The translations under genes were made by a program, and so were the position numbers. Source: Subdoligranulum sp. CAG:314 (lineage in GTDB: Bacteria > Bacillota > Clostridia > Christensenellales > CAG-314). From it: a DNA stretch of 64,000 nt. Location: positions 37,235 through 101,234 of the forward strand of contig FR901000.1 of assembly GCA_000437915.1 (NCBI GenBank), written 5' to 3'. Within the stretch, counting starts at the first letter, position 1, and each line of letters opens with the position of its first letter. Under the pieces are notes generated by a model. It worked only from the letters and a program-made list of their open reading frames with translations. It was not told the origin of the DNA and searched no databases. Below are positions 8,835-16,974 of this stretch, one piece after another.

Positions 8835-8863
8835 ATAATATCACAAACAACGATTTTTGACAA
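8835..8863 (-). promoter_or_regulatory. sigma-A-type promoter for trpS
   Basis: The minus strand reads TTGTCA-17nt-TATTAT with a TGn extended -10. Confidence 0.45.
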
Positions 8864-8932
8864 GCAAAAGCGTACTCTAACGCTTTTGCGCCGAATTTTT
8901 CAATTAAAATATATAATTTCAACGGCGTTTGC

Positions 8933-8960
8933 AAAAAAAACGTCCCGTAAAACGGGACGT
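8933..8960 (-). terminator. intrinsic terminator after the small P-loop gene
   Basis: ACGTCCCG/CGGGACGT stem followed by T8 on the minus strand. Confidence 0.65.
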
Positions 8961-8965
8961 TTCGT

Positions 8966-9382
8966 TCACTCTGCAAATTTCGATATAAATACGGGAAGGT
9001 TTTCGCGGGCGCAGCTTATGGAAAGAGTAAATTCCACCATAAACATATTGGACAGCATTTCCAGCTCGGTCATAATGCCGCTTATTTCCTTTATGTCCTT
9101 GCGCACGATTCTCGCCATGCTGTCCACAAACACCTTTTCGATGTCGTAGTTGCCTGCAAGCACGCCTTTGAGAAAAGCGATAAAGGTCTCTTCGCTGTTG
9201 ACCTTGTATTCGCTTGCGTCAATTAACTTGATGGTGTGTTCAAGGTCATGTATACGGGAGTTGTCCTTGTCGATGTAGACAACAACGCCTTTGGCTTCCT
9301 CCACGCTTCTGTTTGCGGAATCCACCATTTTTTTCGTTTTGCCTGAGCCTTTTTCTCCGTAAATAATGTTGATTTTTGCCAT
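8966..9382 (-). CDS. minimal P-loop (Walker A) protein, unknown function
   Basis: 138 aa; GEKGSGKT Walker A at residues 9-16; VVVYID as a possible Walker B; no other recognisable domain. Confidence 0.6.
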   Translation of the reverse strand: MAKINIIYGEKGSGKTKKMVDSANRSVEEAKGVVVYIDKDNSRIHDLEHTIKLIDASEYKVNSEETFIAFLKGVLAGNYDIEKVFVDSMARIVRKDIKEISGIMTELEMLSNMFMVEFTLSISCARENLPVFISKFAE

Positions 9383-9474
9383 TCTTTGTTTCGACCTCCG
9401 ATTGATTGGCGAATTGTTTGATTGTTTTTATTGTAACAGAAATCCTTTCTTGTTCAAGCCTTTTGAATGAAATT

Positions 9475-10671
9475 TCACTTAATTTCTTCAATAAACCTTT
9501 TCAGACGCTCCACGCCCTCGCGTATGCGGTCAATGCTTAGCGTGTAGGTGAGCCGTATGTAGCCGTTTATGCCGAAGCATTCGCAGGGGATGGTGGAAAC
9601 GTGCGCGTGCTCGGTCAGCAGCTCGGAAAATTTAAGAGCGCTGTCTATCGTCTCGCCGCGGTACTTTTTCCCCAGCAGGGCGGAAATATCCACCATAACG
9701 TAAAACGCGCCGTTGCCCTTGACGTACTTAATCGAAGGCACCTCGTCCAAAAAGCTCCACAGCGCGTTGCGTCGCTCCTCGAACACGGCGCGCATATTTT
9801 TGATAAAGGCTTCTCCCTCGTCGAGCGCGGTAACCGACGCATACTGCGCTATCGTGTTGGGATTGGAGGTTTGATGGCTTTGCAGCGCGCCCATATACTT
9901 TGCGACATAAGCGGGACTTGCGGCGTAACCGATTCTCCACCCCGTCATGGCGTAGGACTTGCTGAGTCCGTTGATGAGGATTGTCCTGTCCTTCATGTCG
10001 TCTATTTGGGCGATGGAAAAGTGCTCCATTCCGTCGTAGGTGAGCGCCTCGTAAATTTCGTCCGCGACAATCCACACGTCGGGATGACGGCGCAGCATCG
10101 CTGCAAGCTCTTCTATTTTTTCTCTGCCGTAAACCGTGCCGGAAGGATTGTTCGGCATATTCAGTATCAAAGCGCGGGTTTTGTCCGTAACCGCCTTTTC
10201 AATCAGTCCGACGTTCAAGGCAAAGCCCTCCTCCGCTTTTGTCTCCACAACAACGGGTTTTGCGCCGCAGATTTTTATCAGCTCGGGATAGGTCAGCCAA
10301 TAAGGGCTTATGATAATGACCTCGTCCCCCTCCTGACACACGGTCTGCAAGGTGTTGAAAAGGCTCTGCTTTGCGCCCGTGCTTATCACTATCTGTTCCG
10401 GCTGATAATCGAGTGCATTGTCTCGTTTAAGCTTTGCGCAAACCGCCTTTTTCAAGGGAGCGATTCCGCTTGCGGGAGTGTATTTAGTCAATCCCTTGTC
10501 GAGAGCGTCCTTCGCCGCGTTCACGATAAACTCGGGCGTGTTGAAGTCCGGTTCGCCCGCGGCAAAGCTGACGATGTCCACTCCGCTTTCCTTGAGCTTG
10601 TTGGCTTTCGCCGTGATTGCCAGCGTCAGGGACGGCGAAACGTTTTTGGCACGATTGGTTATATTAAGCAT
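9475..10671 (-). CDS. class I PLP-dependent aminotransferase (aspartate aminotransferase-like)
   Basis: 398 aa; the SKSYAMTGWRIGY lysine motif and NPSGTVY are typical of AspAT-type enzymes. Confidence 0.9.
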   Translation of the reverse strand: MLNITNRAKNVSPSLTLAITAKANKLKESGVDIVSFAAGEPDFNTPEFIVNAAKDALDKGLTKYTPASGIAPLKKAVCAKLKRDNALDYQPEQIVISTGAKQSLFNTLQTVCQEGDEVIIISPYWLTYPELIKICGAKPVVVETKAEEGFALNVGLIEKAVTDKTRALILNMPNNPSGTVYGREKIEELAAMLRRHPDVWIVADEIYEALTYDGMEHFSIAQIDDMKDRTILINGLSKSYAMTGWRIGYAASPAYVAKYMGALQSHQTSNPNTIAQYASVTALDEGEAFIKNMRAVFEERRNALWSFLDEVPSIKYVKGNGAFYVMVDISALLGKKYRGETIDSALKFSELLTEHAHVSTIPCECFGINGYIRLTYTLSIDRIREGVERLKRFIEEIK

Positions 10672-10713
10672 TTTTTATGTCCTCCAAAGGCTTAATCCTT
10701 GTGTTTTGTCTTT

Positions 10714-11790
10714 TTATTCTCCCTTTTCCAGCCTTGCGGTTTGGTCGGCAAGTCTCAACGCTTCTATCATCTGACCTATATCGCCGTTCATAAAGCTGTC
10801 CAACGAATAAAGCGTAAAATTTATTCTGTGGTCGGTGACTCTGCCCTGCGGAAAATTGTAGGTGCGGATTCTTTCGCTCCTGTCGCCCGTCCCCACCTGA
10901 GTTTTTCTCGCGTCGGCATACTCCTTGTCCGCCTGCGAGCGATAAAAATCGTAAAGTTTGCTTTTGAGCGTTTTCATCGCCTTTTCGCGGTTTTTTATCT
11001 GACTGCGCTCGTCCTGACAGCAAACCACGATTCCGGTTGGAAGATGCGTCATGCGAATTGCGCTTTCCGTCTTGTTTACGTGCTGCCCTCCCGCGCCGCC
11101 GCTGCGATAAGTGTCTATTTTCAAATCCTTTTCGTTGATTTCTATTTCCACATCCTCCGCCTCGGGCAAAACGGCTACCGTTATCGTGGAGGTGTGAATC
11201 CGCCCCTGAGACTCCGTTTCGGGAACGCGCTGCACCCTGTGCACGCCGCTCTCGAACTTGAATTTGCTGTACGCGCCCGCTCCCACAACTATGAAAGAGG
11301 CTTCTTTAAGTCCGCCCAGCTCCATTTCGTTGCTGTCAAGCTCCTCAATCTTAAACCGCTGCTTTTCGGCGAACATATAGTACATCCGCTTTATTTGCGC
11401 GGCAAACAGCGCGGCTTCGTCGCCGCCCGCCCCCGCCCTTATCTCCACTATGACGTTTTTTTCGTCGTTGGGGTCAACGTGAAGCAAAAGCACTTTGAGC
11501 CGTTGCTCCAATTCTTCCTTTTGAGTTTTGAGAACGCCTATTTCCTCATGCAGAAGCTGCGACATTTCTTTGTCCTTTTCCGTTTCGAGGGCGGCAATCG
11601 ACATGGTAAGATTGTCGTCCGCGCGCTTCCACTCCCTGTATACGTTTACGACGTCTTGCAGACCGCTGTGCTCCTTTACCAGCTTTTTCCAGACGGAATT
11701 GTCGGCAATGATTTCCGGACGGGAAATTTCGGCAGTCAGAAATTCGTACCTGTCCTCTATTTTTTTCAGCTTGTCAAACATCGGGTTCAT
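10714..11790 (-). CDS. prfA: peptide chain release factor 1
   Basis: GGQHVNKTESAIR (GGQ) motif, RF1-type TVAVLPEAE region, 358 aa. Confidence 0.95.
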   Translation of the reverse strand: MNPMFDKLKKIEDRYEFLTAEISRPEIIADNSVWKKLVKEHSGLQDVVNVYREWKRADDNLTMSIAALETEKDKEMSQLLHEEIGVLKTQKEELEQRLKVLLLHVDPNDEKNVIVEIRAGAGGDEAALFAAQIKRMYYMFAEKQRFKIEELDSNEMELGGLKEASFIVVGAGAYSKFKFESGVHRVQRVPETESQGRIHTSTITVAVLPEAEDVEIEINEKDLKIDTYRSGGAGGQHVNKTESAIRMTHLPTGIVVCCQDERSQIKNREKAMKTLKSKLYDFYRSQADKEYADARKTQVGTGDRSERIRTYNFPQGRVTDHRINFTLYSLDSFMNGDIGQMIEALRLADQTARLEKGE

Positions 11791-11808
11791 CTTGTATGCC
11801 TTAAATAT

Positions 11809-13557
11809 TTATTTTTTCTGCGCCAGAATCATGCGCTCTATGTCGTCGTAGTCCTTTTTTATGTTTACGAAAAAGTTTTCGCGCAGCAAGCCTGCAACCA
11901 GCTCCGCCTGCCCGTAACCCACTTCAAGGTAAAGTCTGCCGCCCGATTTCAAAAAATCCGACGCCCGTCTTGCTATTATACGATAAAAATCAAGCCCGTC
12001 CGCGCCGCCGTCGAGGGCAACGCGCGGTTCGTGTTCCCTCACGTTTACGTCAAGCCTGTCTATTTCTTCCGTTTTCACATAGGGAGGATTGCACACTATC
12101 ATGTCAAAGACGCCTTTTAATCCGTCAAACATATCCGTCCTGACAAAATGCGCCTTGACTTTGAGCTTTTTGGCATTGCGTCCGGCAACTTTAAGCGCCT
12201 CCGCCGATATATCCGCCAAAGTCACGTCCGCGCCCGTCTTTTTGGCAATAGTAAGCCCCACACACCCGCTGCCGCAGCAAAGGTCGAGCACTCTGTCGCC
12301 CTTGTCCAGGACGTTTAGCGCCTGCTCCGTCAAAAGCTCCGTTTCGGGACGTGGAATAAGCACGTTTTCGTTGACCTCGAACTCGTATTCGAAAAACTGC
12401 GCCGAGCCGAGCACATATTGCAGAGGCTTGCCCTCCGCCACCTGCTTCAACATCCTTTCGGCTTTGAGACGCGCTCCGAAGCTTATCGTGACGCGGGAGT
12501 CGGTCAGGGCGCTTCGTTTGACTTTGAGCAGCGAGCACAGAATCCAGTCCCAATCCGCCTGCAAGCCCTTCTCCTCGACGAATTGGCGTTTTTCCGCGCG
12601 AAAATCCGTCACGGGCACGGGCGGGGGAAAGCTTACCGTCTCCTTTTCGGGGTTTGCGTCAAGCTCCAGAACGGCATTGAAAGCCGCAATCGCCACCTCG
12701 CACATCGAGTCGTCCGGCTCCTTTGTCGTCAGTCGCTGCATCTGCTTGCCAAGCCACTTGAAGGGCACGAACAAAAAGAAATCCGACCTTGCGAGAAGCA
12801 TAAGAAACTCATAGGAAACAGCGGCGGTAAGCGGCAGCATAGCAAGCTTTATGCCCGCTCGCACAAATACGTTTTTAAAAAACAGACGGAAATTGCAAGC
12901 CTCCGCGACAATGCCCGCCGCAATCATAAGCACGACGGAAATTATTATTACGAAAACGACGAAGCTTGTTCCGCAGCGGTCGTGGTGCTTGCTCGAGCTC
13001 TGCACGTTTTCCACCGTCAGCTCCTTTTCCGCTTCAAAGCAATTGATTGTTTTGTGTTCCGCGCCGTGATACATAAAAACGCGCCGCACGTCCTTGACAG
13101 ACGCGCAAAACACGAAGTAGCCCAGCATTATGACGACTTTGACTGCGCTGTCAATGAGCAGCGTTCCCATATTCGTAAGTTCGGTTTTGAAAATCTTTTC
13201 GATAAGTTGGGGCACAAGGCTGGGAAGAAAAATAAACAGCGCGACCGCCAGCACCAGCCCGAGCAAAAGCGAAACCGCCATTGCCGCCTTAAAGCCCTTT
13301 TGGTCGGTGTCGGAGGCTTCCTCCCCCGCTATTTCGGCGGATTTGTAAAGAATCCTGGTGCCCGAAACAAGAGACGCGACAAGATTGACGACGCCTCTGA
13401 CAAAGGGAATTTTCCCCGCTTTGGATTTCTTTTTGAGCCGTGTGGTTTCCAGTCTGATTTCGCCCGATTCGTCCCGCACGGCAAGCGCCATAGAGGTTTC
13501 TCCGCGCATCATAACGCCTTCGATAACCGCCTGACCGCCTATTTTTGTTTTTGCCAT
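11809..13557 (-). CDS. prmC: DUF1385 membrane domain fused to release-factor glutamine methyltransferase PrmC
   Basis: N-terminal half AKTKIGGQAVIEGVMMRG...HGAEHK plus TM helices (DUF1385). C-terminal half LIPRPETE, VLDLCCGSGCVG, NPPY (PrmC/HemK). One uninterrupted frame; start set at the ATG at 13557. Confidence 0.85.
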   Translation of the reverse strand: MAKTKIGGQAVIEGVMMRGETSMALAVRDESGEIRLETTRLKKKSKAGKIPFVRGVVNLVASLVSGTRILYKSAEIAGEEASDTDQKGFKAAMAVSLLLGLVLAVALFIFLPSLVPQLIEKIFKTELTNMGTLLIDSAVKVVIMLGYFVFCASVKDVRRVFMYHGAEHKTINCFEAEKELTVENVQSSSKHHDRCGTSFVVFVIIISVVLMIAAGIVAEACNFRLFFKNVFVRAGIKLAMLPLTAAVSYEFLMLLARSDFFLFVPFKWLGKQMQRLTTKEPDDSMCEVAIAAFNAVLELDANPEKETVSFPPPVPVTDFRAEKRQFVEEKGLQADWDWILCSLLKVKRSALTDSRVTISFGARLKAERMLKQVAEGKPLQYVLGSAQFFEYEFEVNENVLIPRPETELLTEQALNVLDKGDRVLDLCCGSGCVGLTIAKKTGADVTLADISAEALKVAGRNAKKLKVKAHFVRTDMFDGLKGVFDMIVCNPPYVKTEEIDRLDVNVREHEPRVALDGGADGLDFYRIIARRASDFLKSGGRLYLEVGYGQAELVAGLLRENFFVNIKKDYDDIERMILAQKK

Positions 13558-13644
13558 ATTTTCCTTATTGTCTAAAAGTATATCAAAGCGCCGCGTTTTA
13601 AGCAACTAAAAGGGAGCGGCGGCAAGGTATTTTTTTCTTTGTAC

Positions 13645-13675
13645 AACAAAAGAGCACAGAAATAATTCTGTGCCC
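13645..13675 (-). terminator. intrinsic terminator after rpmE
   Basis: GCACAGAA/TTCTGTGC stem, then TTTTGTTGT on the minus strand. Confidence 0.5.
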
Positions 13676-13694
13676 GTAAACCAAGTCACAAATT

Positions 13695-13898
13695 TCAGAT
13701 ACCGTATCTTTTCTTGAATTTGTCCACGCGTCCGCCCGCGTCCACCAGCTTTTGTTTGCCTGTGAAATAAGGGTGGCACTTGTTGCAAATTTCGACCTTG
13801 ATAACATTATCCTTCTTGGTGGAGCCGGTCTTGAATGTCTCGCCGCAGGCGCAGACAACCGTAACCTCGTGATAATTAGGATGAATATTCTCTTTCAT
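13695..13898 (-). CDS. rpmE: 50S ribosomal protein L31
   Basis: [27 protein letters not shown]...[25 protein letters not shown]. The ORF-track start was trimmed to the internal ATG. Confidence 0.95.
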   Translation of the reverse strand: MKENIHPNYHEVTVVCACGETFKTGSTKKDNVIKVEICNKCHPYFTGKQKLVDAGGRVDKFKKRYGI

Positions 13899-13932
13899 AG
13901 CCGTTACCTCTAAAAATTTCAATAGCCTTGCT

Positions 13933-13961
13933 ATTATATACCTCGCCGCGCGATAAGTCAA
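13933..13961 (-). promoter_or_regulatory. sigma-A-type promoter for rpmE
   Basis: The minus strand reads TTGACT-17nt-TATAAT. Confidence 0.45.
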
Positions 13962-14063
13962 GGATTTTCGATAAATTTACCGTCTGAATTTTCTTACGGT
14001 TATTCGGTAGATTTTTTTTCTTGTTTTTGGTATAATGCAACCGATGCAAAAAGGAGTTTTCTT

Positions 14064-15083
14064 TTGAAAGCATGGAAGTACAGCAAGCCTGACGGCGTCA
14101 GGCTCAAAGTAGATTTGCCCAGCAGTCTGACCGAGGACAAAACCGTAAAAGTAAAAATCGAAAAAGTCTTGACGGGCAATTTCGAGAAAAAACTCATTTC
14201 GGGAGAAACGGACTGCCCCGACGGACTCACGGTCGGGAGGTTTGCCGTCGGCGTCGTAAGCGAATTGTTCGACGCGGACAAAAGCAAATTCAACCGCATA
14301 GACCGCGTGGTCATAGAGCCTCATTTGCCCTGCGGCAACTGTCTCCCCTGCCGCAACGGAAAGTATGCCGCCTGCGAAAATATGCAGTGTCTCGGACAGA
14401 CGCAAAACGGATTGCTGCAAGACTTTATCACCCTGCCCGAAAGCTGTCTGCACAAAATCCCCGAGCCTTTGAAATCGGAAAACGCGCTGATAACAGAGCA
14501 CGTCGCGTTGGCAATACATATACTCGACGCGTTGAGACTTGAAAAAGGCGAGCACATAGCAATTTTTTCGGGAAGCAAGTTGGGAGTGATTTTGGCGCAG
14601 CTTGCCAGCTACTATCAGGCAATCCCCGTGCTTGTGGACGAGGACGGCGACGCACTCGCCATAGCCTCCGCAAACAACATTTATTACGCCTTCAACCCGA
14701 AAAACTGCGACGTGATAAAAGAATTGTTTTCAATCACGGGCGGACGGCGCTGCGAAAAGGTGGCTTATCTTGCAAACGACGCAAGCGGCGTGGACGACGC
14801 GGTAAACGCCTGCGCCTTCAACGCAAAGCTGTGCGTGGGAGGCTTTGTGGACGACAGACTGAAAATAAATCTGCCCCAAGCCTTAAAAAAGAATATAACC
14901 CTCTGCACAGCGCGCACGGGCTACGGAAACTATCCTTCGGCGCTCAACCTATTGACCAACAAAGTAATAAAAATGTCCGACTTTAAAAGGACGGATATTT
15001 CGTTCGACAAATTCGACGGGGAGTTTCCCAAAATCGACGCGCACGAGCTTGACTACGGCGCGGTTGTGGTAAATCTCGACTGA
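14064..15083 (+). CDS. medium-chain dehydrogenase/reductase (zinc-ADH) family protein with degenerate catalytic motifs
   Basis: Structural-zinc motif CGNCLPCRNGKYAAC is present, but GRFAVGVV replaces GHE and SGSKLG replaces GxGxxG. TTG start with AAAGGAG SD. Confidence 0.75.
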   Translation: MKAWKYSKPDGVRLKVDLPSSLTEDKTVKVKIEKVLTGNFEKKLISGETDCPDGLTVGRFAVGVVSELFDADKSKFNRIDRVVIEPHLPCGNCLPCRNGKYAACENMQCLGQTQNGLLQDFITLPESCLHKIPEPLKSENALITEHVALAIHILDALRLEKGEHIAIFSGSKLGVILAQLASYYQAIPVLVDEDGDALAIASANNIYYAFNPKNCDVIKELFSITGGRRCEKVAYLANDASGVDDAVNACAFNAKLCVGGFVDDRLKINLPQALKKNITLCTARTGYGNYPSALNLLTNKVIKMSDFKRTDISFDKFDGEFPKIDAHELDYGAVVVNLD

Positions 15084-15123
15084 ATAAAAATCAATAAAAA
15101 GAATAATTTTTTTCGCATAAAAA

Positions 15124-15144
15124 AACCGCAGAAGTTCTGCGGTT
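15124..15144. terminator. bidirectional terminator between the MDR gene and murC
   Basis: AACCGCAG/CTGCGGTT stem flanked by an A-run and a T-run. Confidence 0.6.
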
Positions 15145-15168
15145 TTAGCGTTTCGTTTGCTTGACCCG

Positions 15169-16542
15169 TCATCCTCGGGGAGACAGCAGCTCCTCGTCGC
15201 ACATATCGATTACGTCTCCCGCTCCGACTATAAGCACTATGTCGTTTTTTTTCGCCGTTTCCTTTATTTTACGTTTTGCGGCGGCAAAGTCGGCGACGTA
15301 TTCGCAGGGCGTCACCCTGTCGACGGCGGCGGCAAGAGCTTCGCCGCTTACGTTTTCAATGGGTTTTTCGCGCGCGGCGTAAACAGGCAGTATCCACAGC
15401 TTTTTTACGCCCGAAAAGCAGTAAACAAAGCTGTCGAACAGTCCCTTCGTCCTGCTGTATGTATGCGGCTGAAAAACCATATATATGTTGTCGAAGTTTT
15501 TCAGCTTGACCGCGTCCAGTAGAGCCTTGATTTCGGAAGGATGATGCGCGTAGTCCGCCACTATGTTGGTGTAGCCGCAGTCGAAGGTTTCGTAGCGGCG
15601 GCTCACTCCAGAAAAGCCCGACAGCAGCATACACACCGTTTTTATATCCAGCCCGAGACAGAAACAGGCGGCGAGAGCGGCAAGCGCGTTGTAAACATTG
15701 TGTTTGCCCGCAACCTTCAAATCGATATGTCCTTCCTTTCGTCCCTTTATTTTTACGTCAAAAGAAAAATTGCCGTTTGTCTGCGTCAGTTTTACGCCGC
15801 GCACGTCGCAAAACGGTTTCAGTCCAAACGTAACCTTTTTGCCCTTGATTCTCGCGCGCGTAAAAGCGTCCACTCCGTCGGCATTGAGCACGACAAAGCC
15901 GTCGGCGCGGGTGTTTTGCGTAAAAGCAACGAAACTGTCCTTGATATGTTTCAGATTTTTGAAATAATCGGTATGGTCCAGCTCCATATTAAGCAGCACG
16001 GAGACGTAAGGATGCAGATATCTGAAACTTTCTCTGTACTCGCACGCCTCGCTGACGCAGAATTCTCCGCCGCCCTTTTCAAAATTGCTGCCCGTGCGCT
16101 TCAACACGCCGCCGATAAAGACTGCGGGCTTTTTTTGAAGTCCGTCAAGCACGTGCGCCAGCATGCCCGTAGTGGTGGTTTTGCCGTGACTTCCGCATAC
16201 CGCAACGCCGAAGGGATAATCGTCGAAAATGTCCCCCAAAGCCTGCTCGCGGGGCACGAGCGGAATGGAATTTTCCCTGCAAAAAGTCAGCTCCACATTG
16301 TCCTCCTTTACCGCCGAAGTGTATATACAAAGTTTGACGGCGGTTTTGTCTATATTGCTTGCGTCATGTCCTATGCAAACCTCGGCGCCCAGCCCGCGCA
16401 GCAACAGCGTCTGCTCGTTTTCCCTGACGTCGCTGCCGCTTACCGCATAGCCCTCCGCCAGAAAATATTGCGCCAATGCGCTCATGCTGATACCGCCTAT
16501 ACCTACCAGATGAATCTTTTCTCTCAACTTAAATTCTTCCAT
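15169..16542 (-). CDS. murC: UDP-N-acetylmuramate--L-alanine ligase
   Basis: IHLVGIGGISMSALAQYF, the GSHGKTTTT P-loop and Mur ligase middle/C domains; 457 aa. Confidence 0.93.
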   Translation of the reverse strand: MEEFKLREKIHLVGIGGISMSALAQYFLAEGYAVSGSDVRENEQTLLLRGLGAEVCIGHDASNIDKTAVKLCIYTSAVKEDNVELTFCRENSIPLVPREQALGDIFDDYPFGVAVCGSHGKTTTTGMLAHVLDGLQKKPAVFIGGVLKRTGSNFEKGGGEFCVSEACEYRESFRYLHPYVSVLLNMELDHTDYFKNLKHIKDSFVAFTQNTRADGFVVLNADGVDAFTRARIKGKKVTFGLKPFCDVRGVKLTQTNGNFSFDVKIKGRKEGHIDLKVAGKHNVYNALAALAACFCLGLDIKTVCMLLSGFSGVSRRYETFDCGYTNIVADYAHHPSEIKALLDAVKLKNFDNIYMVFQPHTYSRTKGLFDSFVYCFSGVKKLWILPVYAAREKPIENVSGEALAAAVDRVTPCEYVADFAAAKRKIKETAKKNDIVLIVGAGDVIDMCDEELLSPRG

Positions 16543-16675
16543 ATTAAATTTTATTATAAAATGTGAAATTTAAGTTAAATTTTTTATGAAAAATTTTAAT
16601 TAAAGTATTGTGTTATTTTGAATTTTATAGTATAATAGTACCACCTTCGGGAAAACATTTTAAAGAGGTTACATC

Positions 16676-16933
16676 ATGAACATTTCTGACATCAGAATCC
16701 GCAAAGTCGAAAACGATGAAAACAAGCTCAGGGGCATTGCTTCAATCACCATAGACGATTGCTTTGTCATACACGACATCAAAATAATCGAAGGCAAAGA
16801 AAGTCTCTTTATCGCGATGCCCAGCCGCAAAACCAAGGAAGGCGAATACAAGGACATTGCCCATCCCATAAACAGCGAAACAAGGCAAATGCTTTCGGAC
16901 GCCGTTTTGAAAGCGTACAACAATGCGGAGTAA
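16676..16933 (+). CDS. spoVG: septation protein SpoVG
   Basis: MNISDIRIRKVENDENKLRGIASITIDDCFVIHDIKIIEG...FIAMPSRK is a classic SpoVG sequence. Confidence 0.93.
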   Translation: MNISDIRIRKVENDENKLRGIASITIDDCFVIHDIKIIEGKESLFIAMPSRKTKEGEYKDIAHPINSETRQMLSDAVLKAYNNAE

Positions 16934-16944
16934 ATTTTAAGGCA

Positions 16945-16974
16945 AAAGGACTGTCATGCGGCAGTCCTTTTTTC
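16945..16974 (+). terminator. spoVG terminator overlapping the 3' end of the convergent ATPase gene
   Basis: AAAGGACTG/CAGTCCTTT stem plus a T-run. The ATPase stop codon lies in the loop. Confidence 0.6.

Noticed and set aside
8786-8965. A T-box riboswitch upstream of trpS.
   Set aside because: Only about 45 nt lie between the predicted promoter (8835-8863) and the start codon. The rest of the spacer is the upstream gene's terminator. There is no specifier loop or T-box sequence.
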